A stretch of 64,000 nt of DNA. Origin: Utricularia gibba. Its lineage: Eukaryota; Plantae; Magnoliophyta. The notes under the pieces were generated by a model, which was not told where the DNA came from, ran no database searches, and was given only the letters and a program-made list of their open reading frames with translations. The stretch lies in contig CM007991.1 of assembly GCA_002189035.1 (NCBI GenBank), positions 4,836,001-4,900,000 of the forward strand. The letters run 5' to 3'. Of this stretch, positions 45,416-56,626 are shown piece after piece. Made by a program: the position numbers and the translations under genes. Numbering within the stretch: position 1 is the first letter of the stretch; every line of letters begins with the position of its first letter.

Positions 45416-47735
45416 AAAATATGGCTTGCAGGAACTTCCACATGATGGGACACATTGCTGATAAATGTTCCGATTTAATGGAGGAAGAACATGTGAAGGC
45501 GATGGGATATCTAGAGCCACAAAGGAAGAAATATGATCCCTATTCGAACAACTACAATCCTTGATGGAGGGATCATCCAAATTTCAGATGGAGTAACAAT
45601 GAAAATTCTTACAACCGTGAGAGTTCATCTGTTGGGTAGCAAGGATTTCAGCAAAATTTCCAGGAGCAGCAACAATGTTCTTATCAAGCTCCGCCATTTC
45701 GCAAGTCAAACCAGCAGATTCAACAGCAATTTCAGCCTCCAAACAAGAATAATATAGGAGGAAATTCTGGAAATTCATTGGAGGATATTTTGAAGACTTT
45801 TATGACCCTATCCATCACAAACCAAGCTAAGAACCAACAAGCTATAAGGAACTTGGAGATTCAAGTAACTCAGTTGGCATCTGATGTTGCGGAATGGAAG
45901 CAATAAGGAAGCTTACCGTTGCAAACCAAATGGAATCCCAACTTCGAGGGAGGACAAAATATCTGCGCAATGACAGTAAGAAGTGGGAAAGAAAAACTTT
46001 GAAGAGAATTAGTCCAAACTGAGAGTAATTTAGAGATGGGAGAAGAGTATGAAGTTGTGGTGGAAGGAGATGCTGAAAAACAAGAGGTGGAGATTGCAAT
46101 AGAGTCTCTTGTGGTAAAAGTAACCCCACCACTATATCCAGGAAGGCTTAGGCGAGAGAGGAACAAAATGAGAGAAAAAATGTTGAGAGCTTTGGATAAT
46201 ACTCAATTAAATTTGACATTGCTAGAGTATATTGACTTGGTGCCCAAAAGCATTAAGTACCTGAAGCAGCTCTGTATATCAAAGCCAAAACTGAAGGAAA
46301 AAGGCAAGGTGAAGCTGAGTGAAAGTTGTTTAGCCCTTTTGACTTGGAAGCTACCTGAAAAACGCAAGTACCCTGGAACTTTTCTTATTCCTTGCAAAAT
46401 AGGTGACTTGAACATCAGGAGGGCAATGGCTGACCTGGGAGCCCTTATCAATGTGATATCATTCTCTGTGTATAAAACTCTCAGGTTAGGACCTTTAAAA
46501 GCCTCAAGAGTGCAAATTGAGCTTGCTGATCGAAGAGTTATTTCTCCAAAGGGGTTGGTTGAAGATGTTCTGGTGAAGATTGAGCAGCTAGTGTTTCCAG
46601 CAGACTTCTATGTGGTGAATATGCCTGCTGGATGTTCAAGAGATACGACGATCATCCTCAGAAGGCCATTCTTGAGCACTTCCAATGCCATAATTAATGT
46701 GAAGATAGGCATAATAGAATTATTTTTTGATGAAGAGAAGATAGTGCTGGACATGAAGGAGGTGAACAATTATCCTAGTGATTTTGAGAGTGTGTGCTTA
46801 GTGGATGTGATGATAAGTTGGTTGAGGAGCACCTTGAGAAGCCTATCCAAGAGAAGGAAGAAGAGAATGAGAAATCATTTTTTGCAAGAGTGGAAGCCGA
46901 AAAAGAGTTAGAACAGGTAAATGCTATGCAAATCAAGACACTGGAAGAGAGAACCACTGAGTTGAAGCTACTACCCACATACCTGAAGTATGCATTCTTG
47001 GATGAAGAAATGAACAACCCTATAATCATCTCTAATAGTCTGAGCTTAGACCAAGAATCGCGTCTGCTGGAGGTGCTGATCAGGAACAAGAAAGCAATTG
47101 GCTGGACCCTTCAGATATTGAAGGCATCTCTCCTTCTATATGTATGCATAGAATCCTATTAGAAGATGGAGCCAAACCTGTTCGCTAGCCACAAAGACAC
47201 CTCAACCCAAATATGATGGAAGTGGTAAAAAAGGAAATTGTCAAACTTCATGATGCAGGTATTATCTATTCCATCATAGACAGCAAATGGGTGAGTCCAA
47301 TCCATGTGGCACCCAAGAAGACTCGCATGACGGTGGTGGAGAATGAGAAGGGGGAGCTGGTGCCACAAAGAATCCAAAATGGGTGACGCATGTACATAGA
47401 CTATAGGAAATTAAATGAAGTGATTAAGAAGGATCATAAGCCTTTACCTTTCATTGATCATATGCAAGAAAAATTAGTAGGAAAATCTTTTTATTACTTT
47501 TTAGATGGTTATTCTAGATATAACCAAGTTGCAATTTCAGGTTCGGATCAAGACAAGATCAATTTTACCTATTCATTTGAGACTTACGCCAATAGAAGGA
47601 TGTCTTTTGGGTTGTGCAATGCCCCTACTACCTTCCAGAGGTATATGACCAGCATCTTCTCCAATTTTGGTGAGGATTTCATTGAAATTTTTATGGACGA
47701 TTTTATAGTGTATGGAGAGGATTATGAGTCGCGTT
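45416..47735 (+). mobile_element. Athila family B gag C-terminus, protease and RT fragment
   Basis: KYDPYSNNYNP*WRDHPNFRW, AMADLGALINV, YIDYRKLN, MSFGLCNAPTTFQR, FMDDF. Confidence 0.9.
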
Positions 47736-48910
47736 TAGGGGTGTAATTGAGCCGAGCTTTTATCAAGCGGCCTGAAACTCGGCTCGATAAAAGCTCGACC
47801 CGCATTCCATTTACAAGAGCCCGAGCCCAAGCTCGATCCATCAATCGGGCTTGATACATCTAATCGAGCCGAGCCTGATCAAGTATGGGCTCGGCTCGAT
47901 GGCTCAAGTCCCAGCTCGAGTACACTTTTGCTCTTGGGCTGCTTTGACCAATCAAGGGTTTTTGCTTTGCCAAGAATACATCAAAGCAGCGTATTACGAT
48001 TCTCGAAATCCTTGTCAAGCGATTTTTCAATTTTCGAATTACATGTAAGTTTTCTGATATGTTAAAAATCATTTTGTGGATTTTGGAATTATTTAAGTTT
48101 CTAAAATATTTTATTATGTTTTTTTATGTATCTATTAACTATTACATTGTGATTTCTTCTCTAAGATTTAGATGGAAGAAAATTCAGAATTTATGGAAGA
48201 ATGTGGATAAGGAAATCTTAATTTAGAGGAAATATTAAGTGCTGATGTTGAACAAGAAAACATTTACAAAGATGATGATGTTATTGTAGAGGAAGAAAAT
48301 GACAATGATGAAGATGATGAAAAACTTCCATGGTGTGGAAGGAGTTTGAGGAGATTACTTTGGCTAATGGTGAGAAAAAGGCCAAGTGTATGCATTGTGA
48401 GCAAAAGTTGAGTATATCTAAAAGTTAGTCAACTACTCATTTGAAGAGGCATTTAGAAAAAACATGTTCATCTAGAGCTCTTTTTTTGAAGAATCAAAGG
48501 AAACTAAATCTTCAAACGATGGAATCTAAAGTGGAAGGGCCTATTATTTCGAGTGGTATATATGATCATGGAAGACAACGTGAAGGTGTGGCATATTGGA
48601 TACTTATGCATGAGAAGGCCTTTAGTGTGGTTGAAGAAGAAGGATTTACATTTTTGATGAAACTTCACACACCTGATTATACAAAGATATCTCGAGATAG
48701 AGTTAAAAATGATTGTGTAGCTGTGTAAGAGAAGGAGAAGAAAAAATTGAAGACACTTTTACAGAAGGTAAGAAATATTTCTCTTACCACTGATATATGG
48801 AAATGCTCATCACAAGGGATCTCTTATATGTGTGTTACTGGTCATTTTATGCTTGATTGGAAGCTTGAAAAATGTTTACTCAATTTTATTGTTATTCCTC
48901 CTCCACATTC
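47736..48910 (+). mobile_element. 5' part of a hAT transposon (TIR, subterminal repeats, BED finger, transposase N-terminal half)
   Basis: taggggtgtaattgagccgagc terminus; gagccgagc/gctcggctc repeats to ~47920; KAKCMHCEQKL...TTHLKRHL; ISLTTDIW...YMCVTGHF. Confidence 0.88.
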
Positions 48911-50538
48911 AATCGCTGAATGGAATGTAGCTATAGGTTTTTGTATAGAACAGCATGTTAAGTCCCATGAATATGCTACCTCATTGTTTGCTTATTCTGA
49001 TGATTTTGATGCTGAAGAGGTGTATGAAATTTTAACTTATCAACATGTGATTGAATTTAAATCCAAAGGGACGATAGCTGATTTATTCACAGACCCTGCT
49101 ATGCAATATGTTCACTTGCTTGTTTCTATTGTGCTGTTTGGTAGGGCCTTAGGATTTAATTCTCTGTATAAACGTGATTTGTTTGACATGTGGTGCTTGC
49201 GGCACAAAAAACCCTTGAATTTACGGACGATTTTAGTAGAACAAATGAACAGGGAATATCAGAGGAATACCATAAACCATCTTGGGTTCGGTAATGTTGT
49301 TACTTTTCTTGCTCAAAGGTTATGCTCTAATAAAATTTCTGAGTTGGAATTTTCGCATGTAGAAGCGAAAGCCCCTCTTAATGCTAATTTTCTTAAAACT
49401 ACTGGACTAATTCAGGCACAAGGGGTTAGATTTGTTTCTAAGTCTCTTGGAGGACTTTGTGGGGAGGCACCTCCACTAAAGGGACAGGGAGAAACCTTTG
49501 ATCAGATAGCCACGACCCGAAGGAATGAGGAAGATTGCTGCTAGAAGGAGAGGATTGACATGATATATGATAGGCTTGGGAATCTGTTGCGGGAGGTAAA
49601 AGAACTTAAATAGGGAGTGAAGGACTCCTCCCTGATCAAATAACATTGCTGCCATTGCTCTGATTTTATTTTTATTTTTATTTTTATAGCGTTGATCTAA
49701 GTTATGAATAATTTAGTAGTTGGGTATTAGGATCAGAAGAATTTCGCAAGCTATTTGAGGAATTTACATATGCATGTGTGATGCTTTTCATGAAGTACAA
49801 GATGCATTAATTTTGCTTTAACCATTTCGACACCTATGAGCATGACTTTATCCTGCTTATCTTCGTGAGGTAGCAACATGTGTGATGGATTCTGATTTGT
49901 GCATTCGAGATTTTTTTTGTGCAAACTGACATAGTTGGTTCTTTCATGGAAACTGGTGGTCGAAAAGCTTATAGAGGGATGAAAAAAAAGAGGAGGTCAG
50001 AAAAGCATCATCATAAGAAAAGCGATGAGACCCCATGTCTTGAAAAGTAATACACAATTAAAAAGCGTGTGTAGACAATAGAGTAAAGAGAAAAGGAAGG
50101 TTATTGGAATGACTCAGAGGAGTAGAAAACCCTAGGAGGAATAAGGAGAGGAGTGCTTACCCCACACTCCATATACAAAGGAGGGGAGTGACAATTGTCT
50201 GAGTTGAGCTTGGAACCTTCCCTAAACTCGATATCTATACAAAATAAAGAAAAAAAAAAGGTGGAAAAGAAGAAGAAATGAAAAGTGACCACTAGTATCC
50301 CTTTGAAAGTCTAAATGTGTCATGTGAGCTTATTTAATCTTTTAAGGCACTTATTTTGATGAAATTCATATGTATTTTGAGTGATTACCCGTCTTGCACA
50401 CAAGCACTCTTTAAATTCTTGCATTCTAGACTTAAATGTTAAGTGTCTATATGGTTGTTTGGAAATCCCTCAATTGCTCAGCTCCTGTTAGTCTTAGTTA
50501 GGACTTAAAGACAAGTCTAGTGTCGTTGTAGCATAATG
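48910..50538 (+). mobile_element. Athila env-like/ORF-1 3' part and 3' UTR
   Basis: DPAMQYVHLLVSIVLFGR...DLFDMWCL...LNL...GFGNVVTFLA motif; A-rich 3' UTR leading to an LTR start at 50539. Confidence 0.6.
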
Positions 50539-52050
50539 TGATAACACATATTTTTGAGTATTTAGAAGTAGGAAAATGTTAGTGTATGTGTTCTAGAGAC
50601 AATCAACTCATTGGCAAATCTTATCTAATGATATTTACTTTGAATTGTGATCAAATTTATATCATTGATAAAATCCTCTACTTGATCTATGTGCTATAGA
50701 AATTATGATGAGATCATAATGTAAGATTCTTCAAGCACTCATGATCAAGTTAAAAACTCCCTAGCTAGAGTATTTGTGAAATGAGGATATCACAAATACG
50801 GATAAGCTGGCACACATTGAGTTCCCTAAGTTGTTTAGGCAATGGTTCTTACAATTGATGTAATGAGATTACTAGAACCTATGTGTGGGTGTCGATTAGA
50901 GAATCGATTCACTGGATGACTCATCTTCGAGATGCTACTATGGGAAGCTAACCAAGTATCAGTAGCAAGATCTCGAATATGACAGCCGTGCAATTAAGCT
51001 TAAACTTGAGGTCAACAAAGTTATCTTGATCTTAAGCTCACATTTTCGCTCATTGCTAATGGGAGCCTAACCATGGCTCACCTAGTATGGATGAGTAGGG
51101 ATGTGACTCCTTAAGGTTGGAGATAGTTGATTGATCAATAAAGGATTCATCACTCATGTTAGCGATGAGATCATATCTCAAGTAATTGCATCAAAGCCTA
51201 ACAGTAAGTCCTGGGCCCAGGGTAATGACACTCGAATTGTTTGAGTAGGTCATTGAGTGTTAGTGCTTGAATGCATATGTTGCTAGACACACATCCATGT
51301 TCTAGTATCGAATGAGATATAAGTATGATGAAAGTTGTTCATTGCATGGTGGCTGGTCATGGAAAGGCTCAATCATTTCACCTGATTATTCTTACATCTT
51401 GGGGATCATGATATGTTGCTAGACATCATTCATGATCGATAATGATGGATTTGATTAATTAAGAGTTAATTAATAAATCCATTATTATGGCCTTGATTGA
51501 AGAAGCCTATAGGGTCACACACAATAGTGGAGTCACTCAACGATATAATATAGAATGACACAATTACATGAGATGTAATTGGTAAAGTGGATAAATTAAA
51601 TTGAGAGTTATTTTGAGATTAATATTGATTAAACTCAAAATAAAAGATCATATATAGATAAGATTTGGAACATATACATATCTCCACAAGATAAGATCTT
51701 TACGGAGATATGATTTGATATGTTACCATATATCTATCAAAAAATTTAGATCTTGAGAGATGCTCCAAGGGTCTTCGTGCTCTCTAAGACTAATCCACAA
51801 GGAGGCGCTTTTCTCTACTAGCACCTGAGGAATTCGACCAGCATTCAAGAGCCATGAGAAGGTTATTGACGGAGTGCTCCACGTGTGGATACCATAGAGG
51901 CCGTCTCCTATTGGCGGTTGGTGAACAACGGAGTCATCTGAAAGATATTTCAGCATCCCTTAGTCTGATGTATACTGTATTCCAAGATCTGCGTTGGGGG
52001 TTTCTCAAAATTTTAAAATTCTGCTTACAGGTTGCGGAATACGTGTATAC

Positions 52051-52290
52051 GTTAGAATCTTTGTTGATTTTGCGAGACGTTCTTGTATGTTGCCTTGCCG
52101 GTGACGTTAGAATCTTTTCTGATTTTGCGAGATGTTCTCGTATGTCACCTTGTCGGTGAAAAGTTAAAATCTTTGCTGATCTGTGAGATGTTCTCGTATG
52201 TTGCCTTGCCGGCGATTATTGTGATAGCATGTGATTGCGAGATGTTCTCATATGTAGCCTTGCTTGCGATCATTATAATAGCATGTGATG
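52051..52290. repeat. ~55-bp degenerate tandem repeats in the copia 5' UTR
   Basis: gttagaatcttt...gcgagatgttctcgtatgttgccttgccgg recurs about 4 times. Confidence 0.75.
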
Positions 52291-53170
52291 CACGAAATCT
52301 GATTATTTTGGATTGCTTTGCTGCCTTAGGATGCACGAAATTTGATTCATGATTGATGCTTTCGAGAATCATATCTTACGTGTATATGCGCATCATGATG
52401 ATGCTTTATATGTGTGTAGTCGTGGGGCATGATGGACTTTGTGCGAATTTTGATCATGTTGATCATATTGGTGAATTATCGATGCATATGATGTTTGATA
52501 ATTTATTTGTGACCAAGGCATCTAGGGTCAATTAGGATTTTCGAGCTTTTTGTGTGAAAATCCAGGGATATGATGCATTATGAACGAAAGGGCAAGGGTT
52601 GTCAAGATGCCTATTTGATAGGATATTGATATCCATAATGCAAGAGTTGCATATGGAAAAATCCCCTTCTAAATAATTAAGCTTATTCCTTCCACTAACA
52701 TAAGGAGAACGAGAGTCATTTTTAGTGCATAGAGTTGTTGGCTACCGTCAAGCTCTCCACTACACATGACATGTTCGAATTATGGAATTAGATTCACGGT
52801 GGGTTGGCTTAACTGATTTTATCAACTTGTTGACTAAAGCCAAGGTTGGTAAAATTGTAGGAAAGGTTGAGGCAAATAGTTTTTACATCAAGAGTCGATG
52901 ACTCAATGATGCAGTGGTTATATGAGAGATACAATTGGCATGAGATGACTACTTGTTTCATTCATTAAAACTTGTTGGCTACAGTCAAGGTGGAGATGAA
53001 TGAAATGGGACACTATCCCACTAAGAAAATCTGATTTTCTCGTTTTGTCAGTAAGGGGCTGCCATCTCGAAAAACATAGTGGGAGTATATCACATCTAAT
53101 AAAGGCCAGTTAGATGTGATTTAAGGAACACTACATGATGTGTTTGCTTTCTCTTCTTCAGGTTGAAGAT

Positions 53171-56100
53171 ATGTCTTCCAGCGTGAATTTGAGATCCATT
53201 CTAGAGTCCAACAAGTTGGTTGGCTCGAATTTTACTGATTGGCACCGCAATTTGAGAATTGTTCTCCAGGCAGAGAAGATTGCTTACATCCTTGAGCAAG
53301 ATGTTCCTGCACAACCCAGGGCTAATGCAGCTGAAGATGTTCGGCGTGCATATCAGAAGTATGTAGATGATGCTGAGCTTGTCTCCTGTATTATGCTTGC
53401 TTCGATGGCCCCTGATCTCCAAAAACAACATGAGGCGATGACTTGCCAACAGATGATAACACACCTCAAGGATCTGTTTGGTGAGCACTCACGACTTGAA
53501 AGGTTCAAGACATTAAAGCTGTTGTTCAATTGTCGCTTGGCAGAAGGAAGTTCTTCTGCTGATCATGCGACATTGATGTTGAGTTACATTGAGAAGTTGT
53601 CCACTCTTTGTTTTGTGTTGGATAAGGACTTGAGTATTGACTTAATCCTTACCTCACTACCTGATAGCTACTCACAGTTTGTGATGAACTATCAGATGAA
53701 CAAGATGGATCAAACTGTTCCTGAATTGATTCAGTTACTCAAGTATGTTGAGACAACTATCACAAAGGAACAAAAGAGTGTCATGCTTTTGTCTTCAAGG
53801 AAAAAGGTTTCCAAGAAGAAGAGTCAAGACAAGAAACTCAAAGCTAAAAGTGAGATCAAGAAGAAGAAGCCTGTTGAAAAACCGCCTAAGGGTGAATGCT
53901 TTCATTGTGGGAAATCTGGTCATTGGAAGAGATACTACAAAGCCTATCTAGAGTCAATCAAGGGCAAGAAGCAGAATGAGAATTCAGCTTCAGGTATACA
54001 CATGATTGAGATTAATACTACTATAGAGAATGGTTCTTGGGTGTTAGATTCTGGTTGTGGTGCTCACATTTGCACTAACATGCAGGACCTAATGAGTAGT
54101 AGAATCTTGAAGAAAGGCGATGTTGACCTAAGAGTTGGGAATGGTGCATGAGTTGCTACCATGGCAGTTGGGACTTGCCACATCGCCCTACCTTCTGGAT
54201 TATCTCTTGAATTAGATTCTGTTTATTGTGTTCCCTCATTGTCTAAGAACATCGTCTCTATTTCTTGTTTGGACAAGATTGGTTTCGAGTTTTATATAAA
54301 GAACAATTGTTGTTCCATACGAAGAGGGAGTGTGCATTATGGTACTGCCACAATAGTAAACGGAATATATGTTTTGGATCAGCATGATTCAGAACAGATT
54401 AACATGTGCATAAAAAGGCCAAGGATTGACAACATCTTGAATTCTTACCTCTGGCATTGTCGTTTAGGCCATATAAACAAGAAGCGTGTTGAGTACTTAC
54501 ATCGATTGGGATATTTGGACTCAGAAGATTTTGAATCTTATGAAACATGCGAATCTTGTTTATTGGGAAAAATGACAAAGCAACCTTTTCTAGGAAAAGG
54601 AGCAAGAGCTGAAAACTTATTGGATTTAATACATTCTAATGTATGCAGTCCAATGAGCATCACTGCTAGAGGGGGTTTCTCGTATTTCATCACTTTTACC
54701 GATGACCATTCAAGATATGGACGCATCTACTTGATGAAACGAAAATCTGAAGCCTTTGAAAACTTCAAAGAGTTTCGGATGGAGGTCGAGAACCAGCTTG
54801 AGCGTTCCATCAAGAAACTTCGATCAGATTGTGGTGGGGAATACTTGAGTAATGAATTCAAGAATCATTTGAACGACAATGGTATTGCCTCAAAAAGAAC
54901 TCCTCCTGATACACCTGAGCACAATGGTGTTTCTGAGAGGAGAAATCGAACTTTGCTTGACATGGTTCGATCCATGATGAGTTTTGCAGAACTATCAAAG
55001 TCCATGGGATATGCTTTAGAGGCAGCGGCTCATGTTTTGAACAAAGCCCATCGAAATCGGTTGAAACGACTCCTTATGAGATTTGGACTGGTAGAAAACC
55101 GAGTTTCTCCTATCTCAAAGCGTGGGGATGCCCTGCTTATGTAAGAAGGTTGAAGTCAGATAAGTTGGAGAACAAATCTGACAAGTGTTTCTTTCTGAGA
55201 TATCCACAAGAAACCATGGGATACTACTTCTATAATCCTCAAGAGGGAAAGGTTTTCTGAGATGTTTGAGAACGAGCCAGTGACACCTATAGAGACGCCA
55301 GTGGGTGACTCAAAAGGTAATCTAGGCTCACTATCTCGAAATTGTGTCCCAGAAGCTGGTAATGTACCAGTGAGCAGTCAACTTGAGCAATATGACTTGC
55401 CAAATGTACCAAGCGCGTTTTCTGCCAGAAGATCAGTCCGACAACGTAACCCTATTGTGAGATATGATTTCATTGTTGATGCCGAAGGCATGGGAGACCT
55501 CATATTAGATGAGGAACCTCGGACTTATGACGAAGCAATCAATAGTGCTGAGTCAAGTAAATGGCTTGTTGCCATGAGGGCAGAAATGGATTCCATGCAT
55601 GAGAACAATGTTTGGACATTGGTCGATGCTCCAGAGGGAGTAAATCCTATTGGATGCAAATGGGTATTCAAAAGGAAAACTGACATGGATGGAAATATAT
55701 CTACCTATAAGGCACGACTTGTGGCATAAGGGTATCGTCAAAAACAAGGTGTTGATTATGACGAAACCTTCTCGCCTGTTGCTATGCTGAAGTCCATTCG
55801 AATTTTACTTGCCATTGCTGCTCATTTTGATTATGAGATATGGCAGATGGATGTGAAAACAGTCTTCTTAAATGGAAATTTGGCTGGGGAAGTGTACATG
55901 ACACAACCTGAAGGTTTCACACAAGATCCTAGTAAAGTGTGTAAACTGAACAAATCCATCTATGGGCTAAAGCAAGCTTCAAGAAGTTGGAACATCAACT
56001 TTGATGAGACAATCAAAGAGTTTGGTTTCTCTCAAAATGAAGATGAACCTTGTGTATACAAGAAGGTAGATGGCTTGGCAATCGTATTTCTCATACTATA

Positions 56101-56626
56101 TGTGGATGACATATTAGTAATGAGAAATGATGTTGCAACAATGCAATCAGTAAAAATCTGGTTATCCTAGACCTTTTCAATGAAAGATCTTGGAGATGCG
56201 GCTTATATATTGGGCATAAAGATCTATAGAGATAGATCAAAGAAACTGAGTGGACTATCACAATCGACCTACATCGATAAAGTGTTAAAGAGGTTTAACA
56301 TGGCTGATTCCAAGAGAGGTTTAACGCCCATGACACATAGAGCACTATTAAGAGTGATGTGCCCCAAAATAGAAGAAGATAGGGATTAGATGGCTCGAAT
56401 CCCACATGCTTCTCCTATTAGGTCAACAATGTATACCACGCTGTGTACTAGACCAGATGTGTCATATGCTTTAAGTGTTGCAAGCAGATATCAGTCGAAC
56501 TCTAGAATGGATCATTGGACTGTATTCAAGAGCATTCTTAAGTACTTAAGAAGGACTAAATACATGTTCCTGATTTATGGTGGTCAAGATCTCGAAATGG
56601 GAGAATATGTTTCCAATCTCATTTGA
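53171..56626 (+). pseudogene. copia gag-protease-integrase-RT (RNase H largely deleted)
   Basis: CFHCGKSGHWKR, WVLDSGCGAH, LWHCRLGH, FITFTDDHSRYG, NGVSERRNRTL, QMDVKTVFLNG, LYVDDIL, TRPDVSYA. Stops at 54149-54151, 55727-55729 and 56168-56170, plus frameshifts. Confidence 0.93.
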
